DNA of 64,000 bases from Gaiellaceae bacterium (lineage in GTDB: Bacteria; Actinomycetota; Thermoleophilia; Gaiellales; Gaiellaceae), in the NCBI GenBank assembly GCA_035473635.1, contig DATIOD010000055.1:4685-68684 (forward strand). The letters run 5' to 3'. Within the stretch, counting starts at the first letter, position 1, and the number at the start of each line of letters is the position of its first letter. A model generated the notes under the pieces. The model did not search any database. It worked only from the letters and a program-made list of their open reading frames with translations, and was not told where the DNA came from. A program made the position numbers and the translations under genes. Below, piece after piece: positions 17,467-28,076 of this stretch.

Positions 17467-18456
17467 TTACGGAGGCGTGATCGGCTGGGCCGAGTCGAAG
17501 GCGCTGTAGGTGTCGTGCATGAAGTGCGCCGTCGTCATCATCTGCAGCTTCAGCGTCCGCGAGGTGCGCTTGTCGAGCGCTACCTGGAACCAGGCCGGCG
17601 TGCCGGGGTCGAAAAACGAGACGAGCCAGACCGGGTGCCCGGCGACGGTGCTGCTCCCGACCACGTGGGCGTTCCGGTACCCGACCCAGAACGGCACCGG
17701 CTGCGTGAGCTGCGCCGATTGCACCGACTCGATCCACCGTCCGCCGGGCGGCCGGTCCCAGCGCTTGCCGCCGATGATGATGCCGCCGTAGCCGCCGAGC
17801 ACCTGGTAGGCGGCGCGGTTCGGGGCATTCACGCGCCAGGTGCTGGTGATCGCGTGTCGTGGATCGGACGCCAGGTGCTCGACGTAGGCGAGCGACCGGA
17901 GCGACCGCCAGACATGGTCGGCGCTCCGGAGCAGCGCCGCACCCGAAGGCGCCGGCCACGTCGCCGGCAGCGGCTGGTGCCAGCGGGTGTCGAGCCCCTT
18001 GCCGAGCACGGCAGCGTCGATCGCCCGAGGCGTCGCCGATGACGGCAGCGTCGCCCGGTAGCAGCCGGGGCCGCACGCGGCCGCGGAGGCGACGTGCCCC
18101 CCGCTCGCGAAGGAGACCTGCAGACCGCTCGTGCCGCCGCCCTGTTGTCCCACCACCGACGCCTGCAGCCCGAGTCGCTTCCCCTGCGCGGTGACGGCGA
18201 GCGCGAGCACGGTGCCGCCGTCCTGATGCGTGAAGACCGTTGCCCCCGGCGGCGGTGCCGGGAACCCGGTCGACGGCGTCGCCGAGGAGGCCGAGGCGGA
18301 GGAGCTCGCGGTGGGGGCGACCGAGGTGGTCGTCGCGACCGGGCCGGGCGTGTCGTGCAGCAGGAGGACGACCACGACGATCGCCGCGACCCCGACCGCG
18401 AGCGCCGCGACGGCGGCGAGCAGCCGCAGTGCGACGGCCGAGTCGCTCGACCCCAC
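17467..18456 (-). CDS. hypothetical membrane-anchored extracytoplasmic protein
   Basis: ORF 17467..18807. GTG 18456 gives a short N-terminus, a TM helix (LLAAVAALAVGVAAIVVVVLLL) and a Ser/Thr/Pro linker. The upstream part of the ORF is Arg/Pro-rich noise. Confidence 0.5.
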   Translation of the reverse strand: MGSSDSAVALRLLAAVAALAVGVAAIVVVVLLLHDTPGPVATTTSVAPTASSSASASSATPSTGFPAPPPGATVFTHQDGGTVLALAVTAQGKRLGLQASVVGQQGGGTSGLQVSFASGGHVASAAACGPGCYRATLPSSATPRAIDAAVLGKGLDTRWHQPLPATWPAPSGAALLRSADHVWRSLRSLAYVEHLASDPRHAITSTWRVNAPNRAAYQVLGGYGGIIIGGKRWDRPPGGRWIESVQSAQLTQPVPFWVGYRNAHVVGSSTVAGHPVWLVSFFDPGTPAWFQVALDKRTSRTLKLQMMTTAHFMHDTYSAFDSAQPITPP

Positions 18457-18647
18457 AGGGGTGCTACTCGTCGTAGCCAGCTCGCGTGCGGAGAGCTGAA
18501 CGCACGACCCGTACGGTAGCCCCGGCCCCGTGTGCGGCGCCGGGGGGCGCGAGACACCCAGGCGGGGGATTGCCGCGGCACCGGGCCGCCGCGACGCTGC
18601 GTGAGACCAATCGCCGAGGCGAGCGGGCGGTCGAAAACTTGCGGCAC

Positions 18648-20411
18648 ATGTGGAGAGGTGAAACGAGAGTGCGTGTCCTGCGCACGTTGGTGATCCTGGG
18701 GATCCTGGCCGGAGCGGCAGGGGCGGTGATCGGCGCCGTCGGCGCCGTCTCGGCCTGGCGGCAGGACGCCAAGCGCGACTCCGTCGCTCGGCTGATCGCC
18801 GACGCACGGTTCGTCTCGACGCGCGAGCGGGGTGTGCTCGCCTCGGTCGAGACGCTGCCCACCTCGGCCGAGCGGCGCGCAGCGGCCGCCTCCTTCGCCC
18901 CGCTCGCCGCGGGGCAGACGCGCCGGATCGACCGGGCCGCCGGTCTCGCCTCCGGCGACTGCGCGTCTCGCCTGATCGACGCCGAGACGCAGCACGCGCG
19001 TGCCGTCGCGCTCGTCTCGCACGCCTTCGCCGCAGGCACGCCTTCGGCGACCCGCCTCCAGCTGCTCGAGCAGGCGGGCACGCTGCTTCGGTCGTCCGAT
19101 GCGAACCTGCGCACGGCGAGGGGAATCCTCCCGACGCGCCCGTGGCCGAACAGCTTCCTCGAGCTGCTCGAGGCGATCGCGCTCGCGCTCGTCCTGGCGA
19201 TCGGCATCTGGCGGCTCGTGCAGATCGCGCGTGGGCTCGCCGGCCTTCGCTACGCGATCGAGAACCGGCGCGAGGTCTTGCGCCTCCAGGACGCTGCGCA
19301 CACCGACAGCCTCACCGGCCTCGGCAATCACCGCATGTTCTACGACCACCTCGCGCGGGAGATCAAGCGCCGCTCGAGGACCGGCTCGACGTTCAGCCTG
19401 CTCGCGCTCGACCTCGACGGCCTGAAGCGCGTGAACGACGAGCGCGGCCATCTCGCCGGCGACGAGTTCATCAAGACGGTGGCGCGCGCCGTGCGGATGG
19501 AGGTCGAGCGCATGGGCTCGCTCTACCGCACCGGCGGCGACGAGTTCATGGTGCTGCTGCCGAACAGGCGGGCGTGGAGCGCGCTGACGATCGCGCAGAA
19601 CGTTCAGCGGGCGGCGACCGAGGCGACAGGCGGCCGCGCGCTCAGCGTCGGCATCACGGAGTCCGCCAACACGGAGAGCGCGCGCGTGCTCATCCACCAG
19701 GCAGACGTCGCGCTCTACGAGGCGAAGCGCAACATGCTGCTCGCCGTCATCTATCGCCCGGGGCTGGAGCAGACCGGGGGCGGCGCGACCGACTCTGCCG
19801 CTCCCACCGCGAATCAGCGCGCGCTCGCAGCGGCGCTCGCGCACGCAATCGACGCGAAGGACAGCGGAGAGAGGAACCACTGCGAGACGGTCGCGGAGCT
19901 CGCCGTGGGGATCGGGGCGCGCGTGGGGATCCCGGCTGCGAGCCTCGAGCGCCTGCGCCTCGCGGGCCTCGTGCACGACGTCGGCAAGATCGGCCTGCCC
20001 GACGTGATCCTGCAGAAGCCGGGCGCGCTCGAGACGGAAGAGCGCGTCGAGCTCGAGCAGCACGTCACGATCGGCCACGCCATCCTGCTCGCGGCCGACC
20101 TCGACACCGAGGCCGAATGGGTGCTGCACCACCACGAGCGCTACGACGGCACCGGCTATCCGGCCGGGCTTGCCGGCGAGGAGATCCCGCTCGCCTCGCG
20201 CGTGCTGGCCGTCGCCGATGCCTTCGAGACGATGACCGGCGGCCGCCCGTACCGCACGCGGCTCAGCATCGAGGCGGCGCTGGCCGAGCTGCAGGAGCAC
20301 AGTGGCGGGCAGTTCGACCCGGACTGCGTCGAGGCGATCGCCAACCTGCTCGGGCAGTCAGGAGCCGGAGCGGCGCAGGCCTACAGCTCGTCCGGCAGCC
20401 TGTTGACGTAG
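18648..20411 (+). CDS. bifunctional-type c-di-GMP protein: TM/coiled N-terminus + GGDEF + HD-GYP
   Basis: ATG 18648 (alternative: GTG 18669). GGDEF motif LYRTGGDEFMVLL. HD-GYP motifs GLVHDVGKIG and HHHERYDGTGYP. Confidence 0.85.
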   Translation: MWRGETRVRVLRTLVILGILAGAAGAVIGAVGAVSAWRQDAKRDSVARLIADARFVSTRERGVLASVETLPTSAERRAAAASFAPLAAGQTRRIDRAAGLASGDCASRLIDAETQHARAVALVSHAFAAGTPSATRLQLLEQAGTLLRSSDANLRTARGILPTRPWPNSFLELLEAIALALVLAIGIWRLVQIARGLAGLRYAIENRREVLRLQDAAHTDSLTGLGNHRMFYDHLAREIKRRSRTGSTFSLLALDLDGLKRVNDERGHLAGDEFIKTVARAVRMEVERMGSLYRTGGDEFMVLLPNRRAWSALTIAQNVQRAATEATGGRALSVGITESANTESARVLIHQADVALYEAKRNMLLAVIYRPGLEQTGGGATDSAAPTANQRALAAALAHAIDAKDSGERNHCETVAELAVGIGARVGIPAASLERLRLAGLVHDVGKIGLPDVILQKPGALETEERVELEQHVTIGHAILLAADLDTEAEWVLHHHERYDGTGYPAGLAGEEIPLASRVLAVADAFETMTGGRPYRTRLSIEAALAELQEHSGGQFDPDCVEAIANLLGQSGAGAAQAYSSSGSLLT

Positions 20412-20773
20412 TTCGTGTGCAGGACGTGCAGCGCGTCCGGCAGGTCGGGCGACGCGAGCGCGTCCTTGTGCAGGTAGCCGACGGCGCCGGCCTCTTCCGA
20501 GCGGGCGACGTCGCCGTAGTCGGACGAGCCGGTGTAGATCACGACGTGGCGGGTCGCGTCACGTGCATGGATGGCGCGCGTCGCAGCGAGCCCGTCCTGC
20601 CCGGGAAGCCCGATGTCCATCAACACGAGGTCGGGAGCGTGGTGCTCGACGAGGCGCACGACCTCGTCGCCGTCGGCGGTGCGGCCGACGACCTCGAAGC
20701 GGCCGTCGTCGTCGAGCAGCTGCTCGACGAGAGCAGCGAGTTGCTCGTCGTCCTCGGCCACCACGATCCGCAC
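20381..20773 (-). CDS. stand-alone response-regulator receiver domain (CheY-like)
   Basis: C-terminal part of ORF 20381..21433: (V)RIVVAEDDEQLAALVEQLL...DLVLMDIGLPGQDG...VVIYTGS. GTG 20773 (or 20788). Confidence 0.75.
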   Translation of the reverse strand: MRIVVAEDDEQLAALVEQLLDDDGRFEVVGRTADGDEVVRLVEHHAPDLVLMDIGLPGQDGLAATRAIHARDATRHVVIYTGSSDYGDVARSEEAGAVGYLHKDALASPDLPDALHVLHTNYVNRLPDEL

Positions 20774-20827
20774 TCGCTCCGACGCCACGGCGGCAGAGCC
20801 TGACAGACCCGCACGTAGGATGCCGCG

Positions 20828-21796
20828 ATGGTCATCGACGGGCACAACGACCTCGTGCTGCACCGGTGGCGCGGCGAGGACAGCCCGCACATGGATCTGG
20901 AGGGGGGCCGTGCAGCCGGGTACGCGGGCGGCTTCTTCGCGCTGTACGTCCCCTCGCCGCGTCAGGACGACCCGACCGAGATCCCGTACGCGGTGCCGCT
21001 CGCGAAGGCGATCCCGCAGCCCCAGGCTGCGCGCATCGCGGACGAGCTGTACGAGACGCTCTGCGCGCTGCCCGTCCGCCGCGCGAGCTCGGTCGACGAC
21101 TTCCGCGACGGCGAGATCACGGCGATCGTGCACCTCGAGGGCGCAGATCCGCTGGCGCCGGACCTGAGCGACCTCGAGCGCTGGTACGAGCGCGGGCTGC
21201 GCTCCGTCGGGCTCGTCTGGTCGCGGCCGAACGCGTTCGCCGAGGGTGTCCCGTTCGTGTTCCCCGGCTCCCCCGACACCGGTCCGGGGCTCACCGCGGC
21301 GGGGAAGCGGCTCGTCGCCGCATGCAACCGGCTCGGCGTGCTCGTCGATCTGTCCCACCTCAACGAGGCCGGCTTCTGGGACGTCGCGCGGGCGAGCGAC
21401 GCGCCGCTCGTTGCGACGCACTCGAACGCGCACGCGCTCTGCCCGGCCTCACGGAACCTCACCGACGCGCAGCTCGACGCCGTGCGCGACTCCGGCGGCA
21501 TCGTCGGCGTCAACTTCGCGGTGACGTTCCTGCGCGAGGACGGGAGCCAGGTGCACGACACGCCGATCACGGAGATCGTTCGGCACGTCGACTACCTCGC
21601 CGAGCGGATGGGGATCGACCACGTCGCGTTCGGTTCCGACTTCGACGGCGCCGCGGTGCCCGAGGAGCTCGGCGGCGTCGCCGGTTTCCCGAAGCTGGTC
21701 GAGGCGCTGCGCGCCGCCGGCTACGACGACGACGCCGTCGAGAAGGTGACGCACCGGAACTGGCTGCGCGTGCTCGGGGAGACGTGGCAGCCGTGA
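20828..21796 (+). CDS. membrane dipeptidase (peptidase family M19)
   Basis: MVIDGHNDLVL, VDLSHL and HVAFGSDFDG motifs. Confidence 0.85.
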   Translation: MVIDGHNDLVLHRWRGEDSPHMDLEGGRAAGYAGGFFALYVPSPRQDDPTEIPYAVPLAKAIPQPQAARIADELYETLCALPVRRASSVDDFRDGEITAIVHLEGADPLAPDLSDLERWYERGLRSVGLVWSRPNAFAEGVPFVFPGSPDTGPGLTAAGKRLVAACNRLGVLVDLSHLNEAGFWDVARASDAPLVATHSNAHALCPASRNLTDAQLDAVRDSGGIVGVNFAVTFLREDGSQVHDTPITEIVRHVDYLAERMGIDHVAFGSDFDGAAVPEELGGVAGFPKLVEALRAAGYDDDAVEKVTHRNWLRVLGETWQP

Positions 21797-22695
21797 GGAC
21801 GCGCGCGCTCGGACCGATCGAGGTGACCGTGGTCGGCCTTGGCTGCAACAACTTCGGCGGGCGGGTCGACGAGGCGGGCACACGGGCGGTGATCGATGCC
21901 GCCCTCGCCGCCGGCGTCACCTTCTTCGACACCGCGGACATCTACGGCGGAGGCGGCGGCAGCGAGACGCTGATCGGCAAGGCGCTCGACGGCCGCCGCG
22001 ACCAGGTCGTGCTCGCGACGAAGTTCGGCAAGTCGATGGGCGACGGTGCGACGCGCCGTGGCTCGCGCGACTACATCCGCGCCGCGGTCGATGCGTCGCT
22101 CGAGCGGCTCCAGACCGACCATGTCGACCTCTACCAGCACCACGAGGAGGATCCCGACACGCCGCTCGAGGAGACCTTCGGCGCGCTCGCCGAGCTCGTC
22201 GCCGAAGGGAAGGTGCGCGCGGTCGGAACCTCGAACTACGCAGCCGCAACGGTCGAGCGGGCGTCGAAGCTGGCGCGGTCGCTCGAGCTGCCGTACGTGT
22301 CGGAGCAGGGCGAGTACTCGTGGCTCGAGCGCGACGCCGAGCGTGACCTGCTCGAGACGTGTGAGCGTCTCGGGCTGGGGTTCATCCCGTACTTCCCGCT
22401 CGCGAGCGGCCTGCTGACCGGGAAGGTGTCGCGCGAGCGGCCGCCGGAGGCGGGCACGCGACTCCACGGGAGGTCGATCGACAACGACACGCTCGACCGC
22501 GTCGAGCGCCTCGCAGGATGGGCGAACGCGCACGGCGTCTCGCTGCTCGAGGTCGCGATCGGCGGCCTGCTCGCGGTGGCGCCGCTCGTGTCGGTGATCG
22601 CGGGCGCGACGAAGCCCGAGCAGGTGCGCGCGAACGCCGCTGCCGGCGAGTGGGTGCCGACGGCCGCGGAGCTCGCCGAGCTGAAGGCGCTCTGA
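21793..22695 (+). CDS. aldo/keto reductase
   Basis: GTG 21793 overlaps the dipeptidase stop (GTGA). GLGCNNFGGRVD, FFDTADIYG, VDLYQHH. Confidence 0.85.
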   Translation: MRTRALGPIEVTVVGLGCNNFGGRVDEAGTRAVIDAALAAGVTFFDTADIYGGGGGSETLIGKALDGRRDQVVLATKFGKSMGDGATRRGSRDYIRAAVDASLERLQTDHVDLYQHHEEDPDTPLEETFGALAELVAEGKVRAVGTSNYAAATVERASKLARSLELPYVSEQGEYSWLERDAERDLLETCERLGLGFIPYFPLASGLLTGKVSRERPPEAGTRLHGRSIDNDTLDRVERLAGWANAHGVSLLEVAIGGLLAVAPLVSVIAGATKPEQVRANAAAGEWVPTAAELAELKAL

Positions 22696-22708
22696 GCGGC
22701 GAAGAATC

Positions 22709-22736
22709 GGTGCCAGGCACCTCGGTGCCTGGCACC
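22709..22736. repeat. 2 x tandem palindrome GGTGCC(A/T)GGCACC, same family and same 15-nt period as 17410-17452
   Basis: Copies at 22709-22721 and 22724-22736, between convergent stops at 22695 (+) and 22748 (-). Confidence 0.9.
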
Positions 22737-22747
22737 GGGTTACGGGC

Positions 22748-24136
22748 TCAGTCGAGCTTCGCGACCACGTGCTTGATCTGGGTGTACTCCTCCATCGAGT
22801 ACGCGGACATGTCCTTCCCGTACCCGGAGCCCTTGTAGCCGCCGTGCGGCATCTCCGACGCGAGCGGCACGAGGTGGTCGTTGATCCAGACGCAGCCGAA
22901 CTGCAGCTTGCGCGCGGCGTTCAGCGCGCGGCCGACGTCACGCGTCCAGACCGACGCCGCCAGCCCGTACGAGACGCCGTTCGCCCAGGCGATCGCCTCG
23001 GCATCGTCGCCGAACTTCTGCACGGTGACGACGGGCCCGAAGACCTCCTTCTGCACGATCTCGTCGTCCTGCCCGACGTCGGTGACGACGGTCGGCTGCA
23101 CGAAGAAGCCGCGGCCGCCGTTCGTGCCGCCGCCCGTGAGCACGGTCGCGCCCTTGGCGCGCTCGAGGAAGCCGAGCACGCGGTCCTGCTGATCCTTCGA
23201 GATCACCGGGCCCATCTCGATCTCGTCGCCGTCGGCGGGATCGCCGACCCTGAGCGACTCGACGGCGGGCACGAGCGCCTCGAGCAGCGAGTCGTAGATC
23301 TTCGGCCCGGCCAGCACACGTGAGCCCGCGGTGCAGTCCTGCCCGGAGTTCGCATAGCCGGCGACCTTGATCCCCTCGGCGACCGCGGCCGGGTCGGCGT
23401 CGTCGAACACGACCATCGGCGCCTTCCCGCCGAGCTCCAGATGGACGCGCTTGAGCGTGTCGGCCGCGTTGCGCGCGATCAGCTTGCCCGTGGCGACATC
23501 TCCGGTGAGCGAGACCAGGCCGATGTCGGGATGGTCGACCAGGCGCTCGCCGGTGGGGACGCCTTCACCGGTCACGACCTGCAGGACGCCCTCCGGGATC
23601 GCGTCGCCTGCGAGCTCGACGAAGCGGAGCAGCGACATCGGCGTCTGCTCGGACGGCTTCAGGATCTGCACGTTGCCGGCCGCGAGCGCCGGGCCCATCT
23701 TCCACACCGCCATCATCAGCGGGTAGTTCCACGGGCAGATGCCGGCGACGATGCCGATCGGCTCGCGGCGGACCATCGACGTGTAGCCCTTGATGTACTC
23801 GCCCGTCGACTTCCCCTCGAGGTTGCGCGCCGCACCGGCGAAGAAGCGCAGGTTGTCGGCCGCGAACGGCATCTCCTCGCGGGCGAGGCCGATCGGCTTG
23901 CCGACGTTCTGCGACTCGATCTGCGCGAGCTGTTCCGCGTTGTCCGAGATCACGTCGGCGAGCTTCAACAGCAGCTCGGCGCGTTCGCCCGGCGTGGCGT
24001 CGAGCCACTCCGGGAGCGTGGCCTTGGCCTTCTCGACGACCGCGTCGACCTCGTCCGCCGACATGTTCGGCACGGATGCGATCCGGTCGCCCGTCGCCGG
24101 GTTCAGGACGTCGAGCGTTGCCTCGGTGGTTGCCAT
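22748..24136 (-). CDS. NAD-dependent aldehyde dehydrogenase, gamma-aminobutyraldehyde dehydrogenase-like
   Basis: AAGGAGG lies 7 nt before ATG 24136 (MATTEATLDVLNP). ICPWNYP, ILKPSEQTP, ELGGKAP, NSGQDCTAGSR. Confidence 0.88.
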   Translation of the reverse strand: MATTEATLDVLNPATGDRIASVPNMSADEVDAVVEKAKATLPEWLDATPGERAELLLKLADVISDNAEQLAQIESQNVGKPIGLAREEMPFAADNLRFFAGAARNLEGKSTGEYIKGYTSMVRREPIGIVAGICPWNYPLMMAVWKMGPALAAGNVQILKPSEQTPMSLLRFVELAGDAIPEGVLQVVTGEGVPTGERLVDHPDIGLVSLTGDVATGKLIARNAADTLKRVHLELGGKAPMVVFDDADPAAVAEGIKVAGYANSGQDCTAGSRVLAGPKIYDSLLEALVPAVESLRVGDPADGDEIEMGPVISKDQQDRVLGFLERAKGATVLTGGGTNGGRGFFVQPTVVTDVGQDDEIVQKEVFGPVVTVQKFGDDAEAIAWANGVSYGLAASVWTRDVGRALNAARKLQFGCVWINDHLVPLASEMPHGGYKGSGYGKDMSAYSMEEYTQIKHVVAKLD

Positions 24137-24148
24137 GTGCACGCCTCC

Positions 24149-24946
24149 TTACTCGGTGCGAAGGATCCCGGTCTCGCGTGTCAGGTGCTGTGCGATCGCG
24201 ACCGGAATGATCGTCAACAGGATCACGACGAGCGCGACGACGTTGACGACGGGCAGCTCCTGCCCCTGACGCAGGTTGTCGAGGATGAAGATCGGCAGGG
24301 TCGTCTGCGCGCCCGCCGTGAACGTCGTGACGATCACCTCGTCGAACGACAGCGCGAACGCGAGCAGCGCGCCGGAGATGAGAGCCGTCGAGAGCACGGG
24401 CCACGTGACGTACCGGAACGTCTGCCAGCCGTCGGCGCCCAGGTCCATCGACGCCTCGTACAGGGACGGCGACGTACGGCGCAGGCGCGCGAGCACGTTG
24501 TTGTAGACGACCACGACGCAGAACGTCGCATGTCCGATCACGATCGTCCAGATCGAGAACGGCACGCCGGCGAACACGTAGAACGAGTTCAGCGCCATTC
24601 CCGTGATGATGCCGGGCAGCGCGATCGGCAGGACGAGCAGGAACGAGACCGACTCGCGTCCGAAGAACGAGAACCGGTGGATTGCGAACGCAGCCATCGA
24701 GCCGAGCGCAAGCGCGAAGGTGGTCGCGATCACGGCCACCTCGGCCGAGAGCTTGAGCGAGTCGCGGACGTCCGGGTCCGACCAGGCGACGTGGAACCAG
24801 TGGAACGTCCAGCCGGGGATCGGCCAGCTCTGCACGTTCGACTTGTTGAACGCGTAGATCCCGATCAGCACCAGCGGGAACCACAGGAACGCGATGACCA
24901 GCGCCGTCCAGATCCCGAGGCCGATCCGGGTCGAGCGCTTCTCCAT
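24149..24946 (-). CDS. ABC transporter permease (PotC/PotI-like)
   Basis: 6-TM permease in spermidine/putrescine-type operon context. 1-nt overlap with the upstream stop. Confidence 0.8.
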   Translation of the reverse strand: MEKRSTRIGLGIWTALVIAFLWFPLVLIGIYAFNKSNVQSWPIPGWTFHWFHVAWSDPDVRDSLKLSAEVAVIATTFALALGSMAAFAIHRFSFFGRESVSFLLVLPIALPGIITGMALNSFYVFAGVPFSIWTIVIGHATFCVVVVYNNVLARLRRTSPSLYEASMDLGADGWQTFRYVTWPVLSTALISGALLAFALSFDEVIVTTFTAGAQTTLPIFILDNLRQGQELPVVNVVALVVILLTIIPVAIAQHLTRETGILRTE

Positions 24947-25875
24947 CAGAGCGCCTCGAACGCGCCGAGGCGCCGCGCGATCACGAGGTAGACGGCCATG
25001 ACGCCCACCGGGATGGCTGCGAGCGCGGCGGCAAACGGGATGTTCGCGTTGATGCCGATGTTCTCGTAGACGACGTTGCCGATGAAGCTCGAGCCGGTGC
25101 CGCCGATCAGGAGCGGCGTGATGAAGTCGCCGAGCGTGAGCGAGAAGGTGAAGATCGACCCGGCGACGACGCCGGGCAGCGCGAGCGGCAGGATCACTGC
25201 GCGGAACGTGCGGAAGCCGCGCGCGCCGAGGTCACGCGACGCCTCGATGTACGAGTGGGGGATCCGTTCGAGCGACGCGTACACGGGCAGCACCATGAAG
25301 GGCAGCCACACGTACGTGAAGACGAGCCACATCGCCCAGTTCGAGTAGGCGATGTTCGGGGCGGGGAGGCCGGCCTCGCGGAGCGACCAGTTGAGCACGC
25401 CGCCGCCGGACAGAATCGTCTGCCAGGCGTAGATGCGCACGAGATAGCTCGACCAGAGCGGCAGCAGGATCAAGACGAAGAGCAGGCTGCGCACACGCGG
25501 CGTTGCGACACGCGCCATGAAGTACGCCAGCGGGAAGGCGAGGATCGCGTCGGTAACGGTGACCGCGGCCGCGATCCCGATCGTCCGCCCGGCGATGCGG
25601 AGGTACGTCGGGTCCGACAGCGAGAAGATCTGCCGGTAGTTGTCGAGCGTCCAGGTGTGGACGATCTTTCCGGTGAACGAGTCGACGGTCCAGAACGACG
25701 AGACCAGCAGAACCGCGAGCGACCCCAGGTAGACGATCCCGAATGCGACGATCGGCGGCCCGAGCAGGCCCAGGCCCTTGAGCCACGGACGACGCCACAG
25801 CGCGGCGCCCACGCGGAGGCGGGCCCGCCGAACCGGCGGGCCCGCTCCCCGTGAAGCCTGTGCGTCGACGCTCAC
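24946..25875 (-). CDS. ABC transporter permease (PotB/PotH-like)
   Basis: 6-TM permease with EAA-like loop YIEASRDLGARGFRTFRAVILP. Confidence 0.8.
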   Translation of the reverse strand: MSVDAQASRGAGPPVRRARLRVGAALWRRPWLKGLGLLGPPIVAFGIVYLGSLAVLLVSSFWTVDSFTGKIVHTWTLDNYRQIFSLSDPTYLRIAGRTIGIAAAVTVTDAILAFPLAYFMARVATPRVRSLLFVLILLPLWSSYLVRIYAWQTILSGGGVLNWSLREAGLPAPNIAYSNWAMWLVFTYVWLPFMVLPVYASLERIPHSYIEASRDLGARGFRTFRAVILPLALPGVVAGSIFTFSLTLGDFITPLLIGGTGSSFIGNVVYENIGINANIPFAAALAAIPVGVMAVYLVIARRLGAFEAL

Positions 25876-25893
25876 CGGCTAGAGGTCTCCCTG

Positions 25894-27053
25894 CTAACCA
25901 GTGATCTGCGTCCAGGCTCGCTGCCAGGCGTTGTAGTCCTGGCAGTCGTTCCCGGACTTCCAGCCGCACTGCGCGACCGGGGTCTTCCAGAACTTGATCT
26001 TGGTGTAGTACGCCGCCGGTTCGTTCAGGTGGTACTTCGCGCACGATCCGGCCTCGAGCTTGTTCATGAAGACGCACGCCTTCGGGTTGACCGGCGTCTC
26101 GCCGAAGACCAGCGCCTGCTTCGCCTGGACGGGCGGCGTCGTCACGTATTGCATCCACAGGTAGGCGCAGTTCGGGTGCGGCGCCTTCTTGGCGAGCATC
26201 CACGTGTCGGCCCACCCGGTCGTCGGCAGCGGGACGATCTCTTTGACCGGGGCCTTTGCGCCCTGGAGCTGCAGCGTCTGGTACGGCCAGCCGGCGCCCA
26301 TCCACACGTCGCCGTTCTTGAACGACGTGATCTCGTCGGTGGCGTAGTTCCAGTAGCGCTTGAGCATCGGCTTCTGCTGCTTGAGCAGCGAGACGGCCGC
26401 GTCGAGCTGGTCCTTCGTCAGCTCGTACGGGTCCTTGATGCCGAGGCTCGGCTTCGTCTGCTGCAGGTAGAGCGCTGCGTCGGCGATCTGGATCGGGTTG
26501 TTCGGGACGGTCAGCTTGCCCTTGTACTTGCCCGAGTAGATCGCGCCCCAGCCGCTCGGCGCGGGCTTCACCTTGGACGTGTTGTAGAGCAGCGTGTTCG
26601 GCCCCCACTGCACCGAGACGCCGTAGTGCACGCCCTTGACCGTGTTGTGAGCCGGCGACTTGAAGGCCGGCAAGAAGCTCTTCCACGCCGGGATGAGCCG
26701 CACGTTCACCGGCTGCACGTCGCCGCCGTAGATCAGCCGCAGGCTGGCGTCGCCGGACGCGGACACGAGGTCGTACTGGCCGCCGCCGCCTCCGCCGCCC
26801 GACCGCATCAGCGCGACCATCTCGTTCGAGCTGCCCGCGTCCTTCCGGTGGATCGTGCAGCCGGTCTGCTGCTCGAACTTCTTCGCGAAGCTCGGATCGC
26901 TGTACGCCGTCCACTCGATCAGGTTGAGCGAGCCCTCGCCCTTGCCGATCTTCGTCGGCAGGCTCGAGCCGTTCCCGCGCGACACCGCCGCAGCCGGCAC
27001 GAGCAGCGCCGCCACGAGCGCGATGAGGAGCAGGTGGGTCTTCCGAACCTTTC

Positions 27054-27057
<4 letters not shown>
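25894..27057 (-). CDS. ABC transporter periplasmic substrate-binding protein (polyamine-type)
   Basis: Signal peptide MRKVRKTHLLLIALVAALLVPAAA. PotD/PotF-like size and operon position. Confidence 0.75.
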
Positions 27058-28065
<1,008 letters not shown>

Positions 28066-28076
<11 letters not shown>

